A DNA stretch of 64,000 nt from a virus (Duplodnaviria; Caudoviricetes): IMG/VR virus record IMGVR_UViG_3300005345_000001, positions 16,507 to 80,506 of that record. One strand, given 5' to 3'. The notes below the pieces were generated by a model. That model had not been told where the DNA came from. It did not search any database and saw only the letters and a list, made by a program, of their open reading frames with translations. Below are positions 1-9,700 of the stretch, piece after piece. The translations under genes and the position numbers were made by a program. Numbering within the stretch: the stretch's first letter is position 1; the number at the start of each line of letters is the position of its first letter.

Positions 1-2
1 AA

Positions 3-713
3 GGTCGCTGCGTCGGTCGCAAAGCTAATGCGGTCGGAGTCTATGAGCAATTGGCAGAATGCGGGCAGGTCTTTGATTTGCAGAATCAGCAGCTCAACTT
101 GGTCGAGCTGTTCGAAAACTTGATCTACCCAATCTGGCGCGCCCGTGGCGACCAGGGTATCCCCAACGATGTTATCGAGATCTTCACCGATTCATTCACT
201 GCCAGCCAGTTCCAGCGCGGTATGATCGAATACTATGACACCCGCTCAGACGGTCTGGCTCGGTTCATGATCGATACCAAGCAGGTTATGAGCGGCAAGA
301 TGGGCCAACTCGGGTTTAACTATGACGAGTATCGGCTCCAATATCCGCAGGTCACTATCCGGATCGTAACCAACAACTTCTTCGACGACTTCGCTACCGC
401 GATGCAGTTGGAAAATGTAGGTTCCGCCGGCCGGTTCCTCTGGATCTTGGACTTTACCTCCATCTATCCGGGGATCATCACTAGCAACTCCAAGAAGCAT
501 ACTACTGGAGACATCGAGAAGTTGGCGGCTATCGACCAGGACTACGCCTGCGTGATGGAGAATCCAACCCAGGAGATTAGCCTTAACTCACTCACATGGA
601 CCGCCGTCGTAGAGTGCACCGCTACCAGTGCGATTGTTGAGAACTTCGACATTACTCGAATTCCCAAGGGTGACGCTGGCCAGAGCCCATATACTGATTT
701 GTATCAAGTCTAG
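3..713 (+). CDS. Probable major capsid protein, C-terminal part (5' truncated by window edge)
   Basis: The frame is open from base 3 (GRCVGRKANAVGVYEQLAECG...) to TAG at 711-713. It is followed by a strong terminator-like hairpin and then connector/tail genes, the usual capsid position. No diagnostic motif was recognised. Confidence 0.5.
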   Translation, partial: GRCVGRKANAVGVYEQLAECGQVFDLQNQQLNLVELFENLIYPIWRARGDQGIPNDVIEIFTDSFTASQFQRGMIEYYDTRSDGLARFMIDTKQVMSGKMGQLGFNYDEYRLQYPQVTIRIVTNNFFDDFATAMQLENVGSAGRFLWILDFTSIYPGIITSNSKKHTTGDIEKLAAIDQDYACVMENPTQEISLNSLTWTAVVECTATSAIVENFDITRIPKGDAGQSPYTDLYQV

Positions 714-739
714 GTTGTCCGTTTGGGTTCATTGGGTTG

Positions 740-777
740 CCCCGGGGTTGTCCTTGCAACCCCGGGGTGATTCTTTT
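740..777 (+). terminator. Rho-independent terminator-like hairpin after the putative capsid gene
   Basis: ccccggggttg (740-750) pairs with caaccccgggg (757-767) around a short loop, followed by tgattctttt. Confidence 0.7.
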
Positions 778-1266
778 ATGGGTCTAGCAATGCGCAAGTT
801 CTATTCCAAAGAGATCCCAGAGTCACCGGTCTATGTAGCGGGCCATCCGCTGGTCTTTGATGTACTTGAAACTGAAGATGCCGCGCTCATAGCCGAATTA
901 GATAAGTGCGTCGCCCGTGGTGTAGGTGGGGTGATGACTATTACCCAGGAACAGTTCGAGGTGGAGGTAAAAAAAAAGAGCAACGGACAATTATCAAACG
1001 GCAGCTTGAGGCCAAAGCAGCAGAGACAAGAGTTGTCAGCAATGCAATTGGCCGGTCTGCGTGCTGTGGAGGGCGCCGGTAAAGTTAGTCAGTTTGCCAG
1101 GCCACAACAGCCCACCGCCAACCCTCACAACCGACACGGCTTACCAGTTAGCGGCAATGCGCCTGGCCCTATCCCGGCGCTGCCAGACCCAATCGAGGTT
1201 CCTACCCCGGAATCTTTCGGGCCCATCTCCAAGCCCCCGACTGCCAAGGCTAAGGATGTCCAATGA
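778..1266 (+). CDS. Hypothetical virion-module protein containing an A9 slippery run
   Basis: ATG at 778 (or 791) just after the terminator. The stop overlaps the next start (ATGA 1263-1266). A9 run at 969-977. Confidence 0.7.
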   Translation: MGLAMRKFYSKEIPESPVYVAGHPLVFDVLETEDAALIAELDKCVARGVGGVMTITQEQFEVEVKKKSNGQLSNGSLRPKQQRQELSAMQLAGLRAVEGAGKVSQFARPQQPTANPHNRHGLPVSGNAPGPIPALPDPIEVPTPESFGPISKPPTAKAKDVQ

Positions 1267-2279
1267 TCGAGTACCAACCTTTCGCGCTCTTCTTGTCCAC
1301 CGTCCAACGGCTGGTGGCTCCCGAAGATTTGGGCGAGGAGTTGACTCCGTTCTTTCGCGATCAAGTCGGTAACGCCCTGGCCGATATCCAGACCCTCATC
1401 CCTTGGTTTAGGAACTTCAACGTCAATGCCTATACCAAGGAAGACGTGGAAGAGTTCTGTTCGGCTAGCATCTTCACCGGGCCGGTGGGTAAAATTACCC
1501 AACTCTTCGCCTATACCCCAGGTCGGGAGTGCAAGAAGTACTACTACAAACGGGTCAGCACCTCTGCCTTGGATTGTTGGCTGGAGCGGCAGCGCTGTGT
1601 CCAATGCACGTTCACCCCGCCGCCGACCCATATTTATGATACTCCCTATTGCAACTACGTCATCTTGGGAGAAGTCGCCTGTAATCCCCCTTATCTCAAT
1701 GGAACCGAGGACACCTGCCGATTCACCAGTCTGGACGACGACAATCGAATATTTGCAGTTGGACCAGATTACCGCGTTTACGCTGCCCCTCGATTCCCCT
1801 GTGGCTACAGCCTGTTCATGCAATGGCAGGGGATTCGGCGCAAATGGGAGAACATTGATCTAGTTCCAGTTGACCAACAACTGCGTGAAGCGGTGGTCAA
1901 TTATGTCGAGCACAAGATTGCCCTCAAGGAGCGCAACTCAGTCTCCATGACCGAGTATTACTCGCTCTATGCGGTCAACCTGCGCATGCTCAAATACCGC
2001 TATCACGACGAGCAAGACACTGAACTGGAGCGGGACTGCACTTCGGCCATCGAGCAGCTGATGTCAGCCTTCGCGCCGGCTTACGGACTGTATGGGGTGG
2101 GGGCCGGTCTGGGGGTTGGCGATTATATCTACAGTATCTCTGGTGGAGGCATCATCCAGGTCTATACGGGCGCGACACCACCAACTACCCCGGATGACCC
2201 CACCCAAGCGGCTGTCTTTTATCCTACGGGCGGAGGCTCCATCCAGCAGTGGGACATTCCAAGTCAGACCTGGGTATGA
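1263..2279 (+). CDS. Putative head-tail connector/adaptor protein
   Basis: 338 aa, coupled by ATGA overlaps at both ends, located between capsid and tail genes. The function is a positional inference. Confidence 0.45.
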   Translation: MIEYQPFALFLSTVQRLVAPEDLGEELTPFFRDQVGNALADIQTLIPWFRNFNVNAYTKEDVEEFCSASIFTGPVGKITQLFAYTPGRECKKYYYKRVSTSALDCWLERQRCVQCTFTPPPTHIYDTPYCNYVILGEVACNPPYLNGTEDTCRFTSLDDDNRIFAVGPDYRVYAAPRFPCGYSLFMQWQGIRRKWENIDLVPVDQQLREAVVNYVEHKIALKERNSVSMTEYYSLYAVNLRMLKYRYHDEQDTELERDCTSAIEQLMSAFAPAYGLYGVGAGLGVGDYIYSISGGGIIQVYTGATPPTTPDDPTQAAVFYPTGGGSIQQWDIPSQTWV

Positions 2280-3787
2280 GAGCGCTGCTGGCCATCCTCT
2301 TCATGTTGCTGGCGATTATGTCGCAGGCCGCCACATTCGTGTCGGACGGTTCGGACACCGATGTGCAGGCCAAGATTGATTCTGCCTCCGATGGGGACAC
2401 TGTCACTATTCCGGTCGGCAACTTTGACTGGGACACCACAGTCACCATTTCTGGCAAAGGCATCCATCTGAAGGGGGTGGATGGTGGCTGGATATCAGGC
2501 TGGAGCCGGTCCAGCGTTCTCATCGACATCGGACTCAAAACTTTCACCACTCAGACTGGGCTCAAGTGGACCGTTGGAGATGAAATTGGTGCCTACTACG
2601 TCGCCAATGGCGCGCCCTTAAGCATGTTCGGCACCGTGGATAGCTATTCAGGTTCTACCTTGGTCATCAATGTCACCATTGCCAATGGCACTACGACGAA
2701 AGCAGCCTGGGTCTTTGTCCATGCTGGCACTAGCTCAGTGACGTTTAACACCGGAACTTCCACTGGCTTAAGCATTACCGAAGACACCACCCACAACGTT
2801 GAGGTAAGCCAGTTACATTTCATCGGTGGAGTGTTCCAGACCAGTGGCGCCATGATTAAGTGGAACAATACTTCCGGTGGAAAACCCATCCTGTGGCATG
2901 ACAACCGCATTACTGGCACTGAGAACGACATAGCGTTGCGGGTGGAAACCAACCGTGGGGTCATCTGGAGCAATTACTGGGACAGCACTTTCTACGGTGG
3001 CGAAGGCGACAACAACGCCGCGCCAGACTGCTCCATGATGCAGCATAAGCCGGCTAGCCTGACGACTTCCTGGACCACAGCCGACACGCTTGGCCAAAAC
3101 GATACCGATGGCACTGGCAACCTCTACATCGAAGACAGCGTGTGGGTGGGGACGTCGCTGCAAAGCTTTGACGTCGATGAGATGGCCCGCACCGTTATCC
3201 GCCATTCCCTGATGGACAATAGCGGTGGGACCAGTCACGGCCGGGATACTGGCACTGGCCTGCGCCACTTCCAGTTCTATAAGAATACCACTTTGTTCGA
3301 TAACCTCGGCGTGGACAGCTACCCACTGGACTACCTGTTCTTCATCCGAGGCGGTACCGGTATCGTCTGTAGCAATTCTATCGAGGACATTACCTCCGGC
3401 CAATGGGGGAACAAGACTGAGATGAAACAGCAGATCCAGGCGTTACGCCGTTCATGCGCAAACGATTGCTGTTGGAACAGTGGCTGGCCACAGCCTCAAC
3501 AGATTGGCCAAAGCCATAATGGCAGTTCGATGTTCAACGACCCGCTCTATTACTGGCAAAACAGTGCCGCCATGGCCATTGCTAATGTCGATTATGCCCC
3601 TGACGGGTGCGGTGGTGGCCCGGCCATGAGCACCTATTGTATCGAAGGCCGAGATTTCACTAATGCCACCAAGACTGGTTGGGCACCCTACACTTACCCA
3701 CACACCCTGCGAGGCGCCCAAGCCCCAGAAGGGCCGGCAGTGCTCGCCCAAAAGGTAAGAGCTTTGAAAATACCACTACGAAGATGA
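2276..3787 (+). CDS. Signal-peptide-bearing right-handed beta-helix (pectate-lyase-like) protein
   Basis: True start is ATG 2276 (MRALLAILFMLLAIMSQA|A). DVQAKIDSASDGDTVTIPVG-type N-terminus typical of beta-helix proteins, and a C-terminal PYTYPH motif. Confidence 0.7.
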   Translation: MRALLAILFMLLAIMSQAATFVSDGSDTDVQAKIDSASDGDTVTIPVGNFDWDTTVTISGKGIHLKGVDGGWISGWSRSSVLIDIGLKTFTTQTGLKWTVGDEIGAYYVANGAPLSMFGTVDSYSGSTLVINVTIANGTTTKAAWVFVHAGTSSVTFNTGTSTGLSITEDTTHNVEVSQLHFIGGVFQTSGAMIKWNNTSGGKPILWHDNRITGTENDIALRVETNRGVIWSNYWDSTFYGGEGDNNAAPDCSMMQHKPASLTTSWTTADTLGQNDTDGTGNLYIEDSVWVGTSLQSFDVDEMARTVIRHSLMDNSGGTSHGRDTGTGLRHFQFYKNTTLFDNLGVDSYPLDYLFFIRGGTGIVCSNSIEDITSGQWGNKTEMKQQIQALRRSCANDCCWNSGWPQPQQIGQSHNGSSMFNDPLYYWQNSAAMAIANVDYAPDGCGGGPAMSTYCIEGRDFTNATKTGWAPYTYPHTLRGAQAPEGPAVLAQKVRALKIPLRR

Positions 3788-6700
3788 GAAGATTACTCGC
3801 AGCTGTTTGTGCGCTACTTTGTTTTGCTAGCGTGCTGTTTGGGGCCAACCCGTCCTATACATCATTCCTTGGAACCAACGGAATCATCATCACGTCCAAT
3901 CCTCCACAGGGCTTTATCATCATCGACGGCAGGGCGTTGACCAATGGCTTTGTGTCAGGTGTCGGAGATCAGGTTTGGACCAATGATGTAGGGGTAATTT
4001 ACACGATTGTTGACCCATCTCGAATTCAGTTCCTGACCAACAGAATTTTTGGCCGACTGATTCGGGCTGATGGGACCAACACTGTCTTTGGGAGCAATGC
4101 GTTGCCCCCTAATGTTGGAGCTGTAAATAGCGTAGCCATAGGTAGTGACGCATTGAGCCGTTCTAGTGGTGGCGAAAATGTGGCCATTGGACATAGAGCT
4201 TTGGCTACTAATTCTAGTGGTCTAAACAACGTGGCGGTTGGGTATAGGGCAATGGAGTTCAACGATATTAGTGAGGACAATGTGGCGTTAGGATATTCCG
4301 CCCTTCGCGAATTCACAACTGGTCATCAGAATACGGCTCTTGGGGCAGCATCAATGGTCCATTTGACCACTTCGTATGATGGTACAGCGGTTGGATATGG
4401 AGCCATGGATAAACTGGAGGGCATTGGAAATACTGCTCTTGGATCTAGGGCCATTAGTGGTGGTCTAGGTGGAGGCAATTACAACTTGGTCGCGGGGAAT
4501 CAGGCGATGTTTAACAGCGACCGATTGGAGGGAAATGTAGCACTTGGAGGATTTGCACTCACTGGCATTGACGACCTGACAAACGTGGTTGCTATCGGAT
4601 ATCAAGCCACGGCCATCTCCGGTGGATTAACCAACGCCGTTGGGATTGGGGCCCTTACTCGCATCACCGCAGACAACCAGATGATGCTTGGGACCAACAT
4701 CACCCGGTATGTGTTCAGGAATGTGGATTATACATTCCCATCGGCCAATGGGGCAGCGGGAACTGCCCTCACCAACAATGGCGCCGGCATCTTGGGTTGG
4801 GGAACCGTGGCTGGTAGCGGTGGCACGGTGGCATTTTCGGACCTGATATGGACCAACGACAATGGCACGCTCAAGCCAGTCGCTTTCCCGACCAACGTGC
4901 TGTTACGGGTGAACGTCCCTGATAACGGAACCGGCACCAATTACTACTTCGACAGTCGGGTTTACCGGACAAATGCAACCAGCAAATTGTTCGCTATCTA
5001 CAACGGCGGCAGCAACGCCGTCACGGTCGGCCCCTATGGCGGGCTGTTTATGGGTCGCGGTAATCCCACCCCATTCCCAGGCGTAGTCCTTTACGGCATA
5101 TACGATACGGCTCTTGGCGAGACCAACCAGCAGGAGATTTTTACCATGAGCCAGAATAGCGCTGTGGGCTACAACGGCGCCGCCGACCTGATCGTCGACA
5201 CCAATTATGGGGCCATAATCCTGTTCGCCAATAAGGAGGGCGGAACCAAGTTTAGCCGGTTTGCCATCCAGGCTGGGGCCGGAATCAACCCACAAGATTT
5301 TAACACCTTCTCGATGCAGGCGCTGGTCGATGGGGCGACCTACTTCCAGGTGGACCCCAACTTCACACTACTTACCCCGACCAATTATTTGTTCAGCAGC
5401 AGCGTTCGTATCACCAACATCCATACCCTGCTGTCGCTCCAAAACAGCAATTTCCCGGTGCTTGAAGTGGACGGTGTGGGCGATCTAAGACTAATCAAGA
5501 AGATCCCTTACCAGTGGCCCAGCGCCCAAGGTGCGGCCGGCACAGCTCTGACCAACAATGGTTCTGGCATTCTGGGATGGGGCGCAGTGGCTTCGGGCGG
5601 CGGTCTTACCTTTGCCGACCTTATCTGGACCAACAACACCGATACCATCTATCCCTACGTCCATAGTAACCGCATCCATTTCGGCACCTCTGCCACCAAT
5701 GGAGCCCGCCTTAATCTTGAGTGGTATGCGCCGCGTCGGTCATTTCGTGTTGGTCAGCTATCCACGGGCATTGGAAGCGATTATTGGGATGTGACAAACC
5801 TTGGCATAGGGTCGGTGTCATTTGGTTCCAACAACCTTGCTGGTGGATATATGAGCGCAGTGTTGAGTGGGTACGGAAACATAATCCCGACCAATTACAT
5901 CTATTCTGTAATCGTTGGAGGTACTGAGAACTTATTTGCTGAATCCAGTGCAAGTGGGCGCAACATAATTGGAGGAGGCAGTAAGAACCAAATGGACCCA
6001 GGCGCAAGCAATTGCGTTATTGTAGGCGGATTTAGGAATAGGATTCTCACTGATGCGTTTATGAGTTCCATGGTTGGTGGAGCGGACAATATTTCTCGCA
6101 TGCGCTATGGCTCTATTGGTGGAGGATCTGGAAACGAGACAAGGGGCATCGGTTCTGTGGTTGGAGGTGGGTTAAACAATATTTCAGGAGAGTCAACGGT
6201 GGATGGTTTAACCACGATTGGTGGTGGTAGCCAAAACAGTATACATGAGGATTATGGAACCATTGGTGGTGGTTTTGGCAATTTCCTTCAAAGTTCTGCG
6301 TTGTATGGAACTATTGGTGGTGGCCGGGGTAATGTGTCCGATGCAATCAGCGGCACCATTGCCGGAGGCTCTCTGAATAACATTGATGGCTTTGCCCAGT
6401 ATGGAGTTATTTCTGGTGGCTACACTAATTTTATTGGCAACCCAGGAGCGGGTGGTTCCCACTTTAGTTTCATCCCTGGTGGTGTTTCCAACAAGATAAG
6501 TGGCGCTATAATGGCCGCAGCCATTGGATCATTTCAGACGAACACCTTAGATAAAACCATCCTGCTTGGCACCACCAACAACAACCGGGTGATGGTCTCC
6601 ACGACCAATCTGAATTTGCTGGAGGACATGACCATCCTGATGACCAATGGCGCTGGAGCCGGGAAGGTGCTCACCTCTGATGCGAACGGCAAGGGAACCT

Positions 6701-9700
6701 GGGGTACTGCCAGTGCGGGCAGCGGAACCTTCACGAACATATTCAGCCCAACTCTCTCTAACGCCACTATCAAGCCGTTGGTGGTGGGGCTTGGAACGGC
6801 GGCTGGCGCGACTAATACCACTGGCGAGATTAGGGGCATTGAGGCCGGTGCAAACATCACGATCACGCCCAATGGCAGCAACTACGTCATCTCGTCCACT
6901 GCCAATTTCGTGTCCTTAAGCACAACCAATGCGACGAGCAAACCGCTGACAAACAGCTATGCGTCAGGCGTCCTGACGATGTTTGGCATTGAACAGGGTA
7001 GTGGCCAAGCTATCACGGTTAACGCTTCCAACATTGTCGTTGGGATCGATTGGGCACAGGTGGCAAGCACCACCAATGTCGTTGGAGTGTCTAATTGGGT
7101 GAATTCCGTGTCCAACTACGTCACGGCAGCTACCAATTCGGCCTCGGTTACCAACTGGATTACACAACGCCAACCCGCCAATGCTGTTCTTTCTAATCTG
7201 GTTGGCACGGTAGCAAAGAACGTCACTAATGTGGTCTCTCTCAGCACGACGAACGCGACAAGTAAGCCGCTCACAAATAGCTATACGTCGGGTGTGCTGA
7301 CGATTTTCGGAATTGAACAGGGCAGCGGTCAGGCCATCACGATGAACGCTTCCAACATCTTAGTCGCGATAGATTGGGCGCAGACGGCAAGCACGACTAA
7401 CGTGGTGGGAGTGTCCAACTGGGTGAACTCGGTTTCCAATTATGTCACGGCTGCCACAAACAGCGCCAGCGTCACCAATTGGATCACCCAACGCCAACCC
7501 GCCAGCCAAACCCTTACCAACCTTTCTGGCACTGGCGCCATTACCAACGTGTTCAGTGCGTCGCTTAGCAACGCTACGATGAAACCGGTGGTGTTCCCGT
7601 CTGCCAACAACTTCGCCACTAATTATACGGGCAGATTCTTTGGGTTGGAGCAGGGAGCTAACGTCACTTTGACCCCAAATGGGAGCAACATCGTTATCGC
7701 TTCGTCTGGTAGCGGAGGGTCTAGCCTTACGACCAATGCGAACCAATTCGGCGCTTCGGTGGAGTTAACCATCAAAGATGCACCGTTGCTGACCAATGCG
7801 ATTCATTATGGTGCTGGATTCTTGGGCTCTTTCACCAACGTCTGGACTGCGCCTCAGTTCCTGGGTACCAATGTGGTATTTGATGGTACCAATTCGTCTT
7901 GGTTCCAATTCAATCCAGCGACTGGACCACAGACCAACTACGTATTCACCAACATCCAAGCTGGCCAGACGATTGTGGTAAAAACATACGTCACCAACGG
8001 GACCACTGTCAGGCTATGGGCCAACACGACTGAAATCCCGGCTAGTTGGTATATCGGCAACAACGGAAGTGCGGCCAACATCAACAGCAATGCGCCCTCA
8101 GTGGTTTATGTCAGCCGAGACTCTCTGGTGCCAGCCACCAACGTCTTGATCTGGACCCGAGACTTCGATGTCACAGCGGGATATGGGTTAATCTATGCCA
8201 CCAATTTCGTAGCAGGCATCGTGACCCAACAACTCCAGCAGATATTCCAACCTGGCAATGCGACACTCACCAATCTTGCTGGAACAGGAGCCGTCACCAA
8301 CCTGTTTAGCCCGACTCTTTCCAACGGGACGATCAAGCCACTGGTGGTCGGTGTCGGAACGGCAGCGGGCGCTACCAACGTGACCGGAGAGATTCGCGGG
8401 CTTGAGGCTGGGGCTAACATAACCATCACTCCAAACGGAAGTAACTATGTCATCGCTTCTACAGGTGGTGGTGGGGTGGCGTTATCAGATTTGGTTTGGA
8501 CCAATCGCGTCGGTGAATTGCTTCCAAACGCTTATCCAACCAACACTATCCTAAGCCCAACCAATGCGGGATTTAGGACTAATTTCTATTTTGGCAGCAC
8601 CGAAACCAGAGCTGGTGGAACCAACAAAGTATTCAGGGTCTATAACGGAACAAACAACGCACTTACCGTAGGTGATGCTGGTATATTCATCGGGTCAGCT
8701 AACGGCACTCCTATCAATGGGCAAGCGATAAATGCCATTTATGACACATCTCTTGGGGATGCGCCAAGCAAGGCAATCAGCCTAACATCTCAAAATAGCG
8801 CCGTTGGATTTAATTCATCGGCAGTCACCAGCGTTAGCACTAATTTTGCTAACACTGTATTGACCGCTGATCGAGATGGCACTGGGTTCATAAATTTCAC
8901 TCAAGTTATTGGACAAGATGCAACTTGGCTTAATTTCGATATGTATGTTCTGGCTCAGGATGCCGGAGGCACCATTATTAGACCATTCCAGTTTGACCCC
9001 GACTTCAGCCTGAGTCCGACAAGTTACCTATTTAATAGCACCATGCGGATTACCAACACGCACACTTTGATGTCGCTTCAGAATAGTAATACCCCGATGT
9101 TTGAGGTTAATGGCATCGGTGACCTGAAACTACTGAAACGCATCCCATACTCATGGCCAAATGCGCAGGGAGCGGCGCAAACGGTGTTAACCAATGATGG
9201 GTCCGGCAATTTAGGTTGGGGCGCCGTATCAGCCAGTGGTGGGTCTGTAACATTTGCGGATATCGTATGGACCAATAAATCTGGAACCCTTTACCCAATC
9301 GCATACCCGACCAATATAATTTTCAATCCAACTAACACTGTATCAGCCGCTGAACTAGCACGAGCAACCAATTTCCTATTTCAGACCAGCACTCGAAGGA
9401 TCGGCGGAACCAATGTGCTGTTTGCGGTCTTTAACGGCGGGGCCAGCGCACTGGTCGTTGGCGATCAAGGAATAATGATTGGCTCGACCAACTATATACC
9501 TGTCCCTCAGGCGGCAATTGATATCGCGTACGATACGGCCTTCGGGGTTGATAGTCCCGAGAAATCAGTCCTACTGACAACCTACAACAGCGTGGTTGGC
9601 TATAGCGGAAATGCCGAGATGCACGTCAGCACAAACTACGGTGATTTTAATGTGACCGCTAATAAGGAAGGCAATGGATTCGTGGAGTATTTCTTCAGAG

